Assembly (NCBI GenBank): GCA_013002465.1
Contig: JABDJO010000067.1
Span: 461-64,460, forward strand
Reading direction: 5' to 3'
Source of the DNA: Silicimonas sp.
Lineage (GTDB): Bacteria; Pseudomonadota; Alphaproteobacteria; Rhodobacterales; Rhodobacteraceae
Length of the DNA: 64,000 nt
Shown piece after piece: positions 28,231 through 36,473 of the stretch (position 1 is its first letter; the number at the start of each line of letters is the position of its first letter). The notes under the pieces were generated by a model. That model had not been told where the DNA came from, did not search any database, and saw nothing but the letters and a program-made list of their open reading frames with translations. The position numbers were made by a program, and so were the translations under genes.

Positions 28231-29380
28231 GAGTTCTCCCTGTCTTTGTTCTTTCGTTCAGTGGTGTGGTCCAGGCATCATAGCCATAGACCCAATCGGC
28301 GTTGCCGGCTTTCTTCAGCCAGTCATTGGCAAGCGAGCTTTCCTGGACCCGCGCGGTGCGGGGCTTGCGTTCACTTTCATAGCAGGCCAACGCGCCTTCG
28401 ACATCCCGGGCCTCAGCGCCCTCCAGCGCACGGGCCAGAACGACCGCGTCTTCAATGGCCATACAGGCACCCTGCGCCATGAAAGGCACCATCGGATGCG
28501 CCGCATCGCCCAGAAGCGTGGCACGTCCCTTGGCCCACTTCGGCATCGGATCGCGTACATGCAGCGCCGAGCGTGTGACGTCTTCGACGGCATCCAAAAG
28601 CGCGCGGGCATCGGCGTGGAAGTTGCCATAGGCGCGGCGCAGATCCTCAACGTCACCCGGTAGTGTCCAGCCTTCTTCCGACCAATCGTCCTGCGGCAAG
28701 GTGGCAAAGACGAAAATCTCGCGTCCTTGGGTCAAGGGAAAGGTCACGATCTGTTTTTCAGGGATCTCGCCCCACCACTTGGTGAATGCATCGGTGTCCG
28801 GCAGCCCCCGCGCCCTATCGCTTGGAAATGTGCCGCGATAGGACACCATGCCTGTGTACCTTGGCTGGTCCTCGCCCCAAAGCGCCGCGCGCACGACCGA
28901 GTGAATACCGTCAGCCCCAACAACAAGATCGAAGCGTTCCGCGCGACCATCGGCAAACTGCAGCGTGCTGCCGCCGTCGTGCAAAGTCAGTCCGGTCGCA
29001 TCCCGACCCAACTGCAACGCACCCTCCGGCAGTTGGGCCCGCAGCGCATCCAGAAGATCGGCGCGATGGATCGTCAGTTGCGGGGCACCGTATTTCTCTT
29101 CCGCAGCCGCACTCATCGGCAGGCGCGAAGTTTCCTCGCCAGTCTCGCCGTCCCGCGAAATGCGAAACGCAGGTCGGGCGGCGCATTCTCTCAGGTAGGG
29201 TCCGACGCCAAGCTGATCCAGCGCAAAGACCGCATTGGGAGTAAGATTGATGTCGGCTCCGACCCGGTTGATCGCCGCGGCCTTTTCAAACACCCGCACC
29301 TTTTGACCAGCCTTTTCCAGGGCGATGGCGGCGGACAATCCGCCAATGCCTCCACCGCATATCCCTATGGAAAGTGTCAC
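28214..29380 (-). CDS. FAD-dependent monooxygenase (salicylate/3-hydroxybenzoate hydroxylase-like)
   Basis: IGICGGGIGGLSAAIALEKAG, GADGIHSVVR, and LLGDAAHPMVPFMAQGACMAIEDA. GTG start. Confidence 0.9.
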   Translation of the reverse strand: MTLSIGICGGGIGGLSAAIALEKAGQKVRVFEKAAAINRVGADINLTPNAVFALDQLGVGPYLRECAARPAFRISRDGETGEETSRLPMSAAAEEKYGAPQLTIHRADLLDALRAQLPEGALQLGRDATGLTLHDGGSTLQFADGRAERFDLVVGADGIHSVVRAALWGEDQPRYTGMVSYRGTFPSDRARGLPDTDAFTKWWGEIPEKQIVTFPLTQGREIFVFATLPQDDWSEEGWTLPGDVEDLRRAYGNFHADARALLDAVEDVTRSALHVRDPMPKWAKGRATLLGDAAHPMVPFMAQGACMAIEDAVVLARALEGAEARDVEGALACYESERKPRTARVQESSLANDWLKKAGNADWVYGYDAWTTPLNERTKTGRTHETSA

Positions 29381-29405
29381 GGTCTTCCTTTTCGCCGTTG
29401 CGAGG

Positions 29406-29430
29406 TGTTCTATTTTGAACTATATGTTCA
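29406..29430. promoter_or_regulatory. candidate IclR operator, site A (TGTTC-N6-GAAC-N5-GTTCA)
   Basis: TGTTCTATTTTGAACTATATGTTCA lies in the divergent region between the monooxygenase (start 29380) and the IclR gene (start 29528). It contains the inverted repeat TTGAAC-TATAT-GTTCAA and is 19/25 identical to site B at 36168-36192. Confidence 0.55.
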
Positions 29431-29527
29431 AAGAGTAGCCACGGGAGACCCCTCGGTCAACCGTTTTCCGCCCCTGCCTTCGGGCAATTCGGGGCATAAC
29501 CAATGCGTTTGAAGACAGGAAAACAAG

Positions 29528-30322
29528 GTGAGCGACGCCCAGGCCAAAGGCAGCTATTCGGTACCACCCGTTGAACGGGCGCTGAAACTTCTGCGTTATA
29601 TCGGCGATGGAAAACGGGCGCGGAACCTGTCGACCGTCGCGCGCGATCTCGACATCAACCGCACGACGCTTATTCGGCTTATTCACACGCTTCTGGATCA
29701 CCGCATGATCGAGGAAATCGGCGAAGACGGCGGCTATCGGCTTGGCGCGGGGCTGGTCAGCCTTGGGGCGCAGGCCATCCAGGGGCGCGACATCGTGCGG
29801 GTGTGCCAGCCCGTTTTGTCCGATCTCTGCCAAAGCACCGGAATGTCGGCGCATCTTGGCGTGCTGGACGGGCGCGACATCATCTATCTCAGCCGCGAAA
29901 CTCCCAATTCGCATCTTGTCAGCAACCTGCGCACCGGGTCCCGCCTTCCGGCCCATGCCTCGTCCATCGGGCGGGCCATCCTGGCTCAGATGGAAGACGA
30001 ACACCTGCGCCAGATTTTCGCGGGCGAGGCACCGGAACGCCCGACCGAAAAGACGCCCGCGACGGTCGAGGCGATTATCAAGCAGGCCCATGCCGACAAG
30101 GCCGCGGGTTACGCCTGGAGCCAGGGGAATTTCGAATCCGGCATCGGATCCTGCGCGGCTGTGCTGTTCGATCACACAGGCCAGCCGGTCGGCGGCATCA
30201 ATGTCTCGGGGCCCGAAAGCCGGTTTTCCGACAGCGACCCGGACGGCAGCGCGGCCATCCGAGATGCCGTGGTGAATGCGGCGCGCAAAGCCTCGGGCGA
30301 ACTTGGCCACCTGCCGCGCTAA
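29528..30322 (+). CDS. IclR-family transcriptional regulator
   Basis: wHTH LSTVARDLDINRTTLIRLIHTL followed by an IclR effector domain. GTG start. Confidence 0.9.
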   Translation: MSDAQAKGSYSVPPVERALKLLRYIGDGKRARNLSTVARDLDINRTTLIRLIHTLLDHRMIEEIGEDGGYRLGAGLVSLGAQAIQGRDIVRVCQPVLSDLCQSTGMSAHLGVLDGRDIIYLSRETPNSHLVSNLRTGSRLPAHASSIGRAILAQMEDEHLRQIFAGEAPERPTEKTPATVEAIIKQAHADKAAGYAWSQGNFESGIGSCAAVLFDHTGQPVGGINVSGPESRFSDSDPDGSAAIRDAVVNAARKASGELGHLPR

Positions 30323-31806
30323 TCGTTGACAGGCCACCTGGCCCACGGGTGCGGTTCGCCGGACAGGTCTTCATAGATCGACTTCTGACGCTGATAGGCC
30401 CGCAGACCCGCGCGCCCCTTTTCACGCCCCATACCGCTTTCGCCGTCACCACCAAACGGCGTCGAGATCGAAAATTGCTTATAGGTATTGATCCAGACAG
30501 TCCCCGCACGGATCGCGCGCGCCACCCGATTGCAGCGCAGGTGATCGCGCGACCAAATCCCGCAGGCCAGACCATAATCGTTGTCGTTGGCCATGGCGAT
30601 GACGTCGGCCTCGTCGTCGAACGGCATAACGACAAGGACCGGGCCAAAGATCTCCTCGCGGCAGGTGCGTGCGCTGTTGTCCAGCCCGGCAATGATCGTG
30701 GGCAGGTAATAGGCACCCTGCGCAAACCTCTCGCCGTCCGGTCGCGCGCCACCGGTCAGGACCTCACCGCCTTCGTCACGGGCAAGCGCAACATACCCCT
30801 CGACGCTTTCGCGATGCTCGGGATGGACCAGTGACGACACCTGTGTCTTTGCATCGAAAGGATGGCCAACGACCAAAGCCTCGGTCGCCTGCACCAGGCG
30901 CGCAACAAAGGCGTCGTATATCCCGCGCTCTACGAACAATCGCGACCCGGCAATGCAGCTTTGCCCCGACGATGAAAAGATGCCGAACAACACCCCTGCA
31001 ACGGCAAGGTCCATGTCGCAATCGGCGAAAACGATGGTCGGGGATTTGCCTCCCAGTTCCAGAGAGACCGGCATCAGCTTTGCCGCCGCTCCGTGGGCCA
31101 GCCTGCGCCCGGTCTCAGTCCCACCAGTAAAGGACACCTTGGCGATGGCGGGATGATCCACCAGCACGTTCCCCACAACGCGCCCCGACCCCGGCAGAAC
31201 CGACAAAAGCCCCGCCGGAAGCCCGGCCTCTTCGACGATCCGCGCCAGTTCAAGACCGACCAGCGGCGACCAGCTTGACGGTTTCAACAATACCGCATTG
31301 CCCGCCGCCAATGCAGGCGCGACCTTTTGAGCATCCGACGCAATGGGCGAATTCCAGGGCGTGATCGCGGCGACAAGCCCCAGGGGTTCGTGGACCGAGG
31401 CCGTCGCATAGTCGCCCCGTGGCACGGTCAGAACGTCGTCCAAGGTTTCGGCCACGGCGGCGAAATAGCGAAACGTGCCCGCCGCCGAAGCCGCAAGGGC
31501 GCGGGTTTCGCTTATGGTTTTCGAGGTGTCTCGGCTTTGCACCCAGGCGATGCGCTCGACATTGGCGGCAATGCGTTCGGATATCCGGTACAGCACCGTG
31601 GCGCGCTCATGGGGTTTCAGCGCCCCCCAGGCGGGTTGGGCGGCTTCTGCGCGGGTGATGGCCGCTTCGACATCTTCCGCCGATGCGCCCGAAATCGTGG
31701 TGTTTTCCACGCCCTCGGCTGCAAAAACCGACGCGATCGGCGCGCCGCGCCCCTGTTGCCATGCGCCACCGACGAAAATCAGGTCTTCGCGAAATGTTTC
31801 TTCCAT
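30319..31806 (-). CDS. NAD(P)-dependent aldehyde dehydrogenase
   Basis: ITPWNSP, FTGGTETG, ELGGKSP, and the catalytic SSSGQSCIAGSR. I preferred the ATG at 31806 (RBS GAGGA) over the GTG at 31833 of the track ORF. Confidence 0.9.
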   Translation of the reverse strand: MEETFREDLIFVGGAWQQGRGAPIASVFAAEGVENTTISGASAEDVEAAITRAEAAQPAWGALKPHERATVLYRISERIAANVERIAWVQSRDTSKTISETRALAASAAGTFRYFAAVAETLDDVLTVPRGDYATASVHEPLGLVAAITPWNSPIASDAQKVAPALAAGNAVLLKPSSWSPLVGLELARIVEEAGLPAGLLSVLPGSGRVVGNVLVDHPAIAKVSFTGGTETGRRLAHGAAAKLMPVSLELGGKSPTIVFADCDMDLAVAGVLFGIFSSSGQSCIAGSRLFVERGIYDAFVARLVQATEALVVGHPFDAKTQVSSLVHPEHRESVEGYVALARDEGGEVLTGGARPDGERFAQGAYYLPTIIAGLDNSARTCREEIFGPVLVVMPFDDEADVIAMANDNDYGLACGIWSRDHLRCNRVARAIRAGTVWINTYKQFSISTPFGGDGESGMGREKGRAGLRAYQRQKSIYEDLSGEPHPWARWPVND

Positions 31807-31854
31807 AGGGTCCTCAGATGGCGATGGCGGCACGGCAGATCAAAAACCTCGGGA

Positions 31855-33507
31855 TCATGGCTTGCCTCCCGCGGCCCCGGCAGGCGGTCCGGCAAAGGGT
31901 TCGGCAAAGGGACCGATAGCCGTCATATCAACCTCCACAAGGCTCGGACCATTGATCTTTGTCGCGGCATCGAAGGTATCGGGGAAATCCTCGATCCGGT
32001 CGACCCGCCAGTGTGGCATGTCGATGGCTTGGCAAATCAGGCCGAAGTCCGGCGTCTTCAGCTTGGAAAAATGCCGCCGCCCGCCATACTGCGCATCCTG
32101 GATGTTCTCGATCACCCCATAAGCTGCGTCGTTCATCAGAACGAAAGTGATCGGCAGGCTCTCGTCCACCGCCGTGATCAATTCGGCCAACCCAAGCTGT
32201 GCCCCGCCATCACCAACAAGCGCGATCACACGCGCTTCAGGGCTGGCCGCCGCGGCACCGATGGCCATGGCGATACCCTGCCCGATGCCGCCGCCAAGTG
32301 CATGAACGCCCAGGTTGGGGGCCGCGACATGGACGTACCGATTGCCGAAGGTCGAATTTGAAATGGTCACGTCGCGCACCCAAGGGTGGCGACCGGTCGG
32401 CACCACAGCCAGCAGATGATCCGCTACGATCTGATATGGCCCCAGACGGGACCGAAGCGCGCCTTCGGCCTTCGAACGCGAAACCGCGATGTCGTAGTGA
32501 AATTGCGGATCGGTTGAAAGCGCGTCTGGCAGCCGGTCCAGCAGGCCCGCCAGAACTTGGGCCGCATCGCCGCAAAGGAAACCATCCAAGGGATAGTTGC
32601 GCCCGCATTGCGTCGGATCGACATCAATCTGAAACAACGGGCGTGGCAATGGCATCCGGTTGTTGCGCGTTTCGTTGCCGCGAAGCCGCGAACCCACGAC
32701 GATCATCAGGTCCGCACGCTCATAGATCGCTTCGGCCTCGGGCGTCATGTTGAAAGCGCCCAAAGTGCCCGGGTGGCTTTCCGGCACAACAGCACGGCCC
32801 TGGGTGGAACTGACCGCACCAAATCCACGTTCGACCAGGGCAGTGGCTTCGACCGCAGCCCCTCGCGCTCCCCCGCCCAACCAAAGCATCGGGCGTTTCG
32901 CGGTTTTCACCTGCTTGGCCAAGGCGTCAAGCGCGGCCTCGTCGACAGGCGGCAATGCCGGTCGTGGCGCACCAGGCGCCTCGCCCGGGATCGCCGGAAG
33001 CCGCTGCACATCCACCGGAATCTCAAGACTGACCGGACCCGATGGCGGCGTCGTCGCAACCCGGATCGCGGCGGCAAGAGTGCCCAAGACGCCCATTTCA
33101 TCCCAGATGCGAAACACAGCCTTCGACACGCCCTGCAACATCTGGGGCTGTTTCGGCACATCATGAATCGCCGCGCGGTCGCGGTCCATATAGGGCCTGT
33201 CGATCTGCGTTGTGATGTGCAGGACCCTGCTGCCGGCCGTCAAAGCCTCGGCCTGCGCACCCGCTGCATTGCCTGCCGCCGTCCCCGTCGACGTCAGCAC
33301 AACCCCCAATTCGCCCGAAACCCGCGAAAACGCATCGGCCATGTTCATCGCCCCGGCCTCGCCACGCGCCGGGATGAACCGGATCCGCCCCTGTTCGGCC
33401 AGCGCATCGAGGATCGGCATATTGTGAATCGAAATCACCCCGAACATCGTGGTGACGCCTGCATCCGCAAGGGCTTTGGCAATCTGGTGTCCAACGGTGT
33501 CTGACAT
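31855..33507 (-). CDS. thiamine-diphosphate enzyme, acetolactate-synthase/benzoylformate-decarboxylase-like
   Basis: Three-domain ThDP enzyme: N-terminal TSTGTAAGNAAG, C-terminal ThDP motif LVGDGGAQLGLAEL...MNDAAYG. Start is either ATG 33507 or TTG 33528. Confidence 0.85.
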   Translation of the reverse strand: MSDTVGHQIAKALADAGVTTMFGVISIHNMPILDALAEQGRIRFIPARGEAGAMNMADAFSRVSGELGVVLTSTGTAAGNAAGAQAEALTAGSRVLHITTQIDRPYMDRDRAAIHDVPKQPQMLQGVSKAVFRIWDEMGVLGTLAAAIRVATTPPSGPVSLEIPVDVQRLPAIPGEAPGAPRPALPPVDEAALDALAKQVKTAKRPMLWLGGGARGAAVEATALVERGFGAVSSTQGRAVVPESHPGTLGAFNMTPEAEAIYERADLMIVVGSRLRGNETRNNRMPLPRPLFQIDVDPTQCGRNYPLDGFLCGDAAQVLAGLLDRLPDALSTDPQFHYDIAVSRSKAEGALRSRLGPYQIVADHLLAVVPTGRHPWVRDVTISNSTFGNRYVHVAAPNLGVHALGGGIGQGIAMAIGAAAASPEARVIALVGDGGAQLGLAELITAVDESLPITFVLMNDAAYGVIENIQDAQYGGRRHFSKLKTPDFGLICQAIDMPHWRVDRIEDFPDTFDAATKINGPSLVEVDMTAIGPFAEPFAGPPAGAAGGKP

Positions 33508-33531
33508 GCGGGTCTGGTCTTTCGTCAATGG

Positions 33532-34323
33532 TCAGGCAAAGCGCGATACGCCGCCCGAGATTTCAAGCCTTGCGCCTGTGATGTAACTGGCGACGGGTGC
33601 GGCGAGGAAGGCGATGGCGCGGGCAACTTCCTGGGGTTCCCCAAGTCGCCCAAGCGGGATCTTCTTTTCGGCGGCCCGTGCGGCAAACCAATCTTCGCGT
33701 GTCTGGCTTTCGTCGGCGCGCGCCTCGAACCTGCGCTGCCATTGCTGACTGTCGACAAGGCCCAATAGGATCGAGTTGACACGGATGTCGGGCGCGAACT
33801 CATTGGCAAGCGATTTCAACAGGTTCTGCACTCCGGCCCGCGCCGCAGAGGTGCAGACCATGTGAGGCTCCGGCTGATAGGCAAGAAGCGAATTGACCCC
33901 GACGATTGCCCCATGGTCGCTGCTTTTCAGCATGGCTTCAAAGGCGCGGATCGGGCGAAGCTGACTGAAGAATTTCAGGTCCAACTCCTCGCGCCAATCG
34001 TCATCGCTTGTCTCGGCATAAGTCGACACCCGGCCCTGCCCGGCATTGGTCACGAGGGCATCGCAGCCGCCAAAATGCGCTGCGACGTCGTTGGCGAACG
34101 CCTCGACCGCGTCTTGATCGAGCACGGAAAAAGGGCGTGCCAGAATGCGGTCGGCGCCATATTCCCGGGCAAGCCCGCCTTCGACCTTCGCCAACCGTTC
34201 CGCGCCGCGCGCACAAAAGGCAACCCGCGCACCCTCGCTCAAAAAGACCCGCACCGAGGCAAGCCCGATCCCGGAAGACCCACCCGTCACAACGATTGTC
34301 TTGTTCCGCAGCCCAAGGTCCAT
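33532..34323 (-). CDS. SDR-family oxidoreductase
   Basis: IVVTGGSSGIGLA, NAGQG, and a Tyr/Lys catalytic region. Confidence 0.9.
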   Translation of the reverse strand: MDLGLRNKTIVVTGGSSGIGLASVRVFLSEGARVAFCARGAERLAKVEGGLAREYGADRILARPFSVLDQDAVEAFANDVAAHFGGCDALVTNAGQGRVSTYAETSDDDWREELDLKFFSQLRPIRAFEAMLKSSDHGAIVGVNSLLAYQPEPHMVCTSAARAGVQNLLKSLANEFAPDIRVNSILLGLVDSQQWQRRFEARADESQTREDWFAARAAEKKIPLGRLGEPQEVARAIAFLAAPVASYITGARLEISGGVSRFA

Positions 34324-34327
34324 GCGA

Positions 34328-35236
34328 TCAGTCGCCCTTCGGAAATCCGGGATCGGGCCGCCCGGCCATCACCGCGCGCATGGCAGGTGTCGGCGGCCCG
34401 GCGGTCATCCACTGATCCATCGCTTCCGGGTCGGTCCGCGACCAGACCTTGGGTTCGTGGGTCGCTTCGTCGATTTGCTGCACTTCAGCCGTGAACTCGA
34501 TCACAAAGCCCGAGGGGGATACGAAATAGGCAAAGGGGTTGTTCCCCGGCCCATGCCGGCCCGGTCCCCAGCTTGGAATCTGACCCTTCTGTTTCATCCG
34601 GCCAATACCGCGCATGAAGCTGTCGATACCAGCCATCTCGAAGGCCACGTGATTAACCGATGGGTATTGCGCCCGAACCAATGCAATCGAGTGGTGATCG
34701 CTACCGCATCGCAAGAACACCATCTGGTCGGCGGAATAATCGCTGGTGCGAAATCCCAGCATGGATTCATACCAGGCCTGCGCACCCTCCATATCGGGCG
34801 AGTTCAGGACCACATGGCTGACCTTGCGCGGATAGGCATGGACTTCGTCCGTCGTGCGCATCTCCAGATCGGCGGTTATCCGAAGCCGCCGGGCGTCGGG
34901 GTCAAGGATTTCAAACCCGTAACCGCCAAAAGGACCGTCAAGCGCGGTCGGAGCGCTTGGAACTTCGGCGCCTTTGTCCACTACCTGATCATGCAAGGCG
35001 TCAATCGCGGCCCGATCCGGCATGCCAAAGTGGACGTACTCGATCCCATAGGTGCTGTCGTCTTTCAGCCCATAGATGAACGGCTCGTTGCCTGTTCCAC
35101 GCAGGTAAGTGATGCCGTCGCCTTGGTGCGCGACATGAAGACCCCATTGATCGGTATAAAAGGCAGTCGTGGACGAAATGCCCGGCGCACGCATCACGAT
35201 GCCGCGCAGATGGTCAACTCTCAGGTCATCGGACAT
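34328..35236 (-). CDS. two-domain VOC-family extradiol ring-cleavage dioxygenase
   Basis: About 300 aa with duplicated glyoxalase/VOC modules: HLRGIVMRAPG...FYTDQWGL and VSHVVLNSPDMEGAQAWY...HHSIAL...VNHVAFE. ATG at 35236 with RBS GGGGGAAAG, one nt after the upstream stop. Confidence 0.85.
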   Translation of the reverse strand: MSDDLRVDHLRGIVMRAPGISSTTAFYTDQWGLHVAHQGDGITYLRGTGNEPFIYGLKDDSTYGIEYVHFGMPDRAAIDALHDQVVDKGAEVPSAPTALDGPFGGYGFEILDPDARRLRITADLEMRTTDEVHAYPRKVSHVVLNSPDMEGAQAWYESMLGFRTSDYSADQMVFLRCGSDHHSIALVRAQYPSVNHVAFEMAGIDSFMRGIGRMKQKGQIPSWGPGRHGPGNNPFAYFVSPSGFVIEFTAEVQQIDEATHEPKVWSRTDPEAMDQWMTAGPPTPAMRAVMAGRPDPGFPKGD

Positions 35237-35237
35237 T

Positions 35238-36119
35238 TCACTTTCCCCCATGGCTTTGGGACATTTCCAACGCGGCGGCACCTTCGAATTCCAGAAGCTC
35301 GCTCAGTGCCGCACAGAATTCGCCCGGTTTCTGCAGATAAACCGCATGACCTGCGCCTTCGATCCTCTTCACGGTCGGGCGACGTCCATACGCCGCCTCC
35401 CAGGCTGCGGCGGCGGCATTGGTCTGGTCCAACGGCGTAACCCTGTCTTCGGCCCCAATGATGAAACCTGGGCGGACCGGCACGTGTTTCAAATCCCCGC
35501 AAAGATCGCCCGATGCCAAAAGCCGCACGGCCTGCTCATATCCACCGGGATTCACCGTCGCCATCGCCGCTTCGACGCGGGTGACGATTGCTTCGTTCGC
35601 CTCGGGCCGGTGGACAAGATTGGCGGCGCGTGCGCGGGCAAAGGCCTCTGGGCCCAGCCGGTGCAGATCGTCAATCCGGGCGCGCACCTTTTGCGGCATC
35701 TCGCCTCCTCGCGGTACACCATGACCGCAGGCGGCGGACGCCAGAACAAGGCCACGCACCCGATCAGGAAACAGCCGCGCAAACGACGCGGCAATCAAGG
35801 TGCCCAGGGAATGGCCGACCAGATGCACAGAACTCAGGTCCAGCCCATCCAACATGCGGGCCAGCGCGTAGGCATAATCCTCGGCCAATGGCCATGGCTC
35901 TTCCAGCGGCTCGGACCCGAGGTATCCCGGTGCATTCCATGCCACCAGGTTCAGGTTTTCCGGCAAGCTTTCGAACAACGGCTGAAATGACACAGCGTTC
36001 GATCCGATCCCATGCAAAAACACAACGTCCGGGCCATTTCCCTTTCGCGCGATGAAAGACACCCCGCCAGACTTCTCAGGCGACTTGAACACCGCAGGTT
36101 TTCCCGAGTTGCGTTTCAC
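35238..36119 (-). CDS. alpha/beta-fold hydrolase (meta-cleavage-product hydrolase-like)
   Basis: VVFLHGIGSN, nucleophile elbow VGHSLGT, and a C-terminal GAGHAVY. GTG start. Confidence 0.85.
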   Translation of the reverse strand: MKRNSGKPAVFKSPEKSGGVSFIARKGNGPDVVFLHGIGSNAVSFQPLFESLPENLNLVAWNAPGYLGSEPLEEPWPLAEDYAYALARMLDGLDLSSVHLVGHSLGTLIAASFARLFPDRVRGLVLASAACGHGVPRGGEMPQKVRARIDDLHRLGPEAFARARAANLVHRPEANEAIVTRVEAAMATVNPGGYEQAVRLLASGDLCGDLKHVPVRPGFIIGAEDRVTPLDQTNAAAAAWEAAYGRRPTVKRIEGAGHAVYLQKPGEFCAALSELLEFEGAAALEMSQSHGGK

Positions 36120-36167
36120 CGGTCATCCATTCCGTCTCGGCACCGAAAAACACCAGCATTCGGCATC

Positions 36168-36192
36168 TGTTCATTTTTGAACACTTCGTTCA
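36168..36192. promoter_or_regulatory. candidate IclR operator, site B (TGTTCA-TTTT-TGAACA plus GTTCA)
   Basis: TGTTCATTTTTGAACACTTCGTTCA begins 49 bp upstream of the hydrolase start. It contains a perfect 16-bp palindrome and has the same architecture and orientation as site A. Confidence 0.55.
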
Positions 36193-36278
36193 GAATGGCA
36201 GAATGGTCTCTCGCCGCGCCCAAGTCAAGCCAGAGCACCGCACGCTGGGGTTACGACATCTCAACCCCCGACTGGCAA

Positions 36279-36305
36279 AACCCGCTTCGAACGTTCACGC
36301 GGGTT
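36279..36305 (-). terminator. putative intrinsic terminator downstream of the TRAP permease gene
   Basis: On the minus strand: AACCCGC-12 nt-GCGGGTT running into TTTTGCC. A second palindrome, TGACGGGCCCGTCA, lies at 36426-36439. Confidence 0.45.
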
Positions 36306-36473
36306 GTTCCTAGATCCGCATCCGCAAGGCTCCGGCCCCTAAGATCACCGCTTACCACGGTTGAGGGGACCTCGTTTCGCGAAGGCCCTGCCGAGAGGCA
36401 GAAGCAAGAGATACCAGAGCCCCGATGACGGGCCCGTCAACTAAAAGACCGAACGCGGTATGTTCGCCGTGCT

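Noticed and set aside
31855-33528. Sulfoacetaldehyde acetyltransferase Xsc completing the sulfonate pathway
   Set aside because: The N-terminal region (VGHQIAKALADAGVTTMFGVISIHNMPILD...) does not resemble the Xsc N-terminus as I recall it. The gene also sits in a ring-cleavage operon, not next to pta or comDE. I call it only a generic ALS/BFD-like ThDP enzyme.
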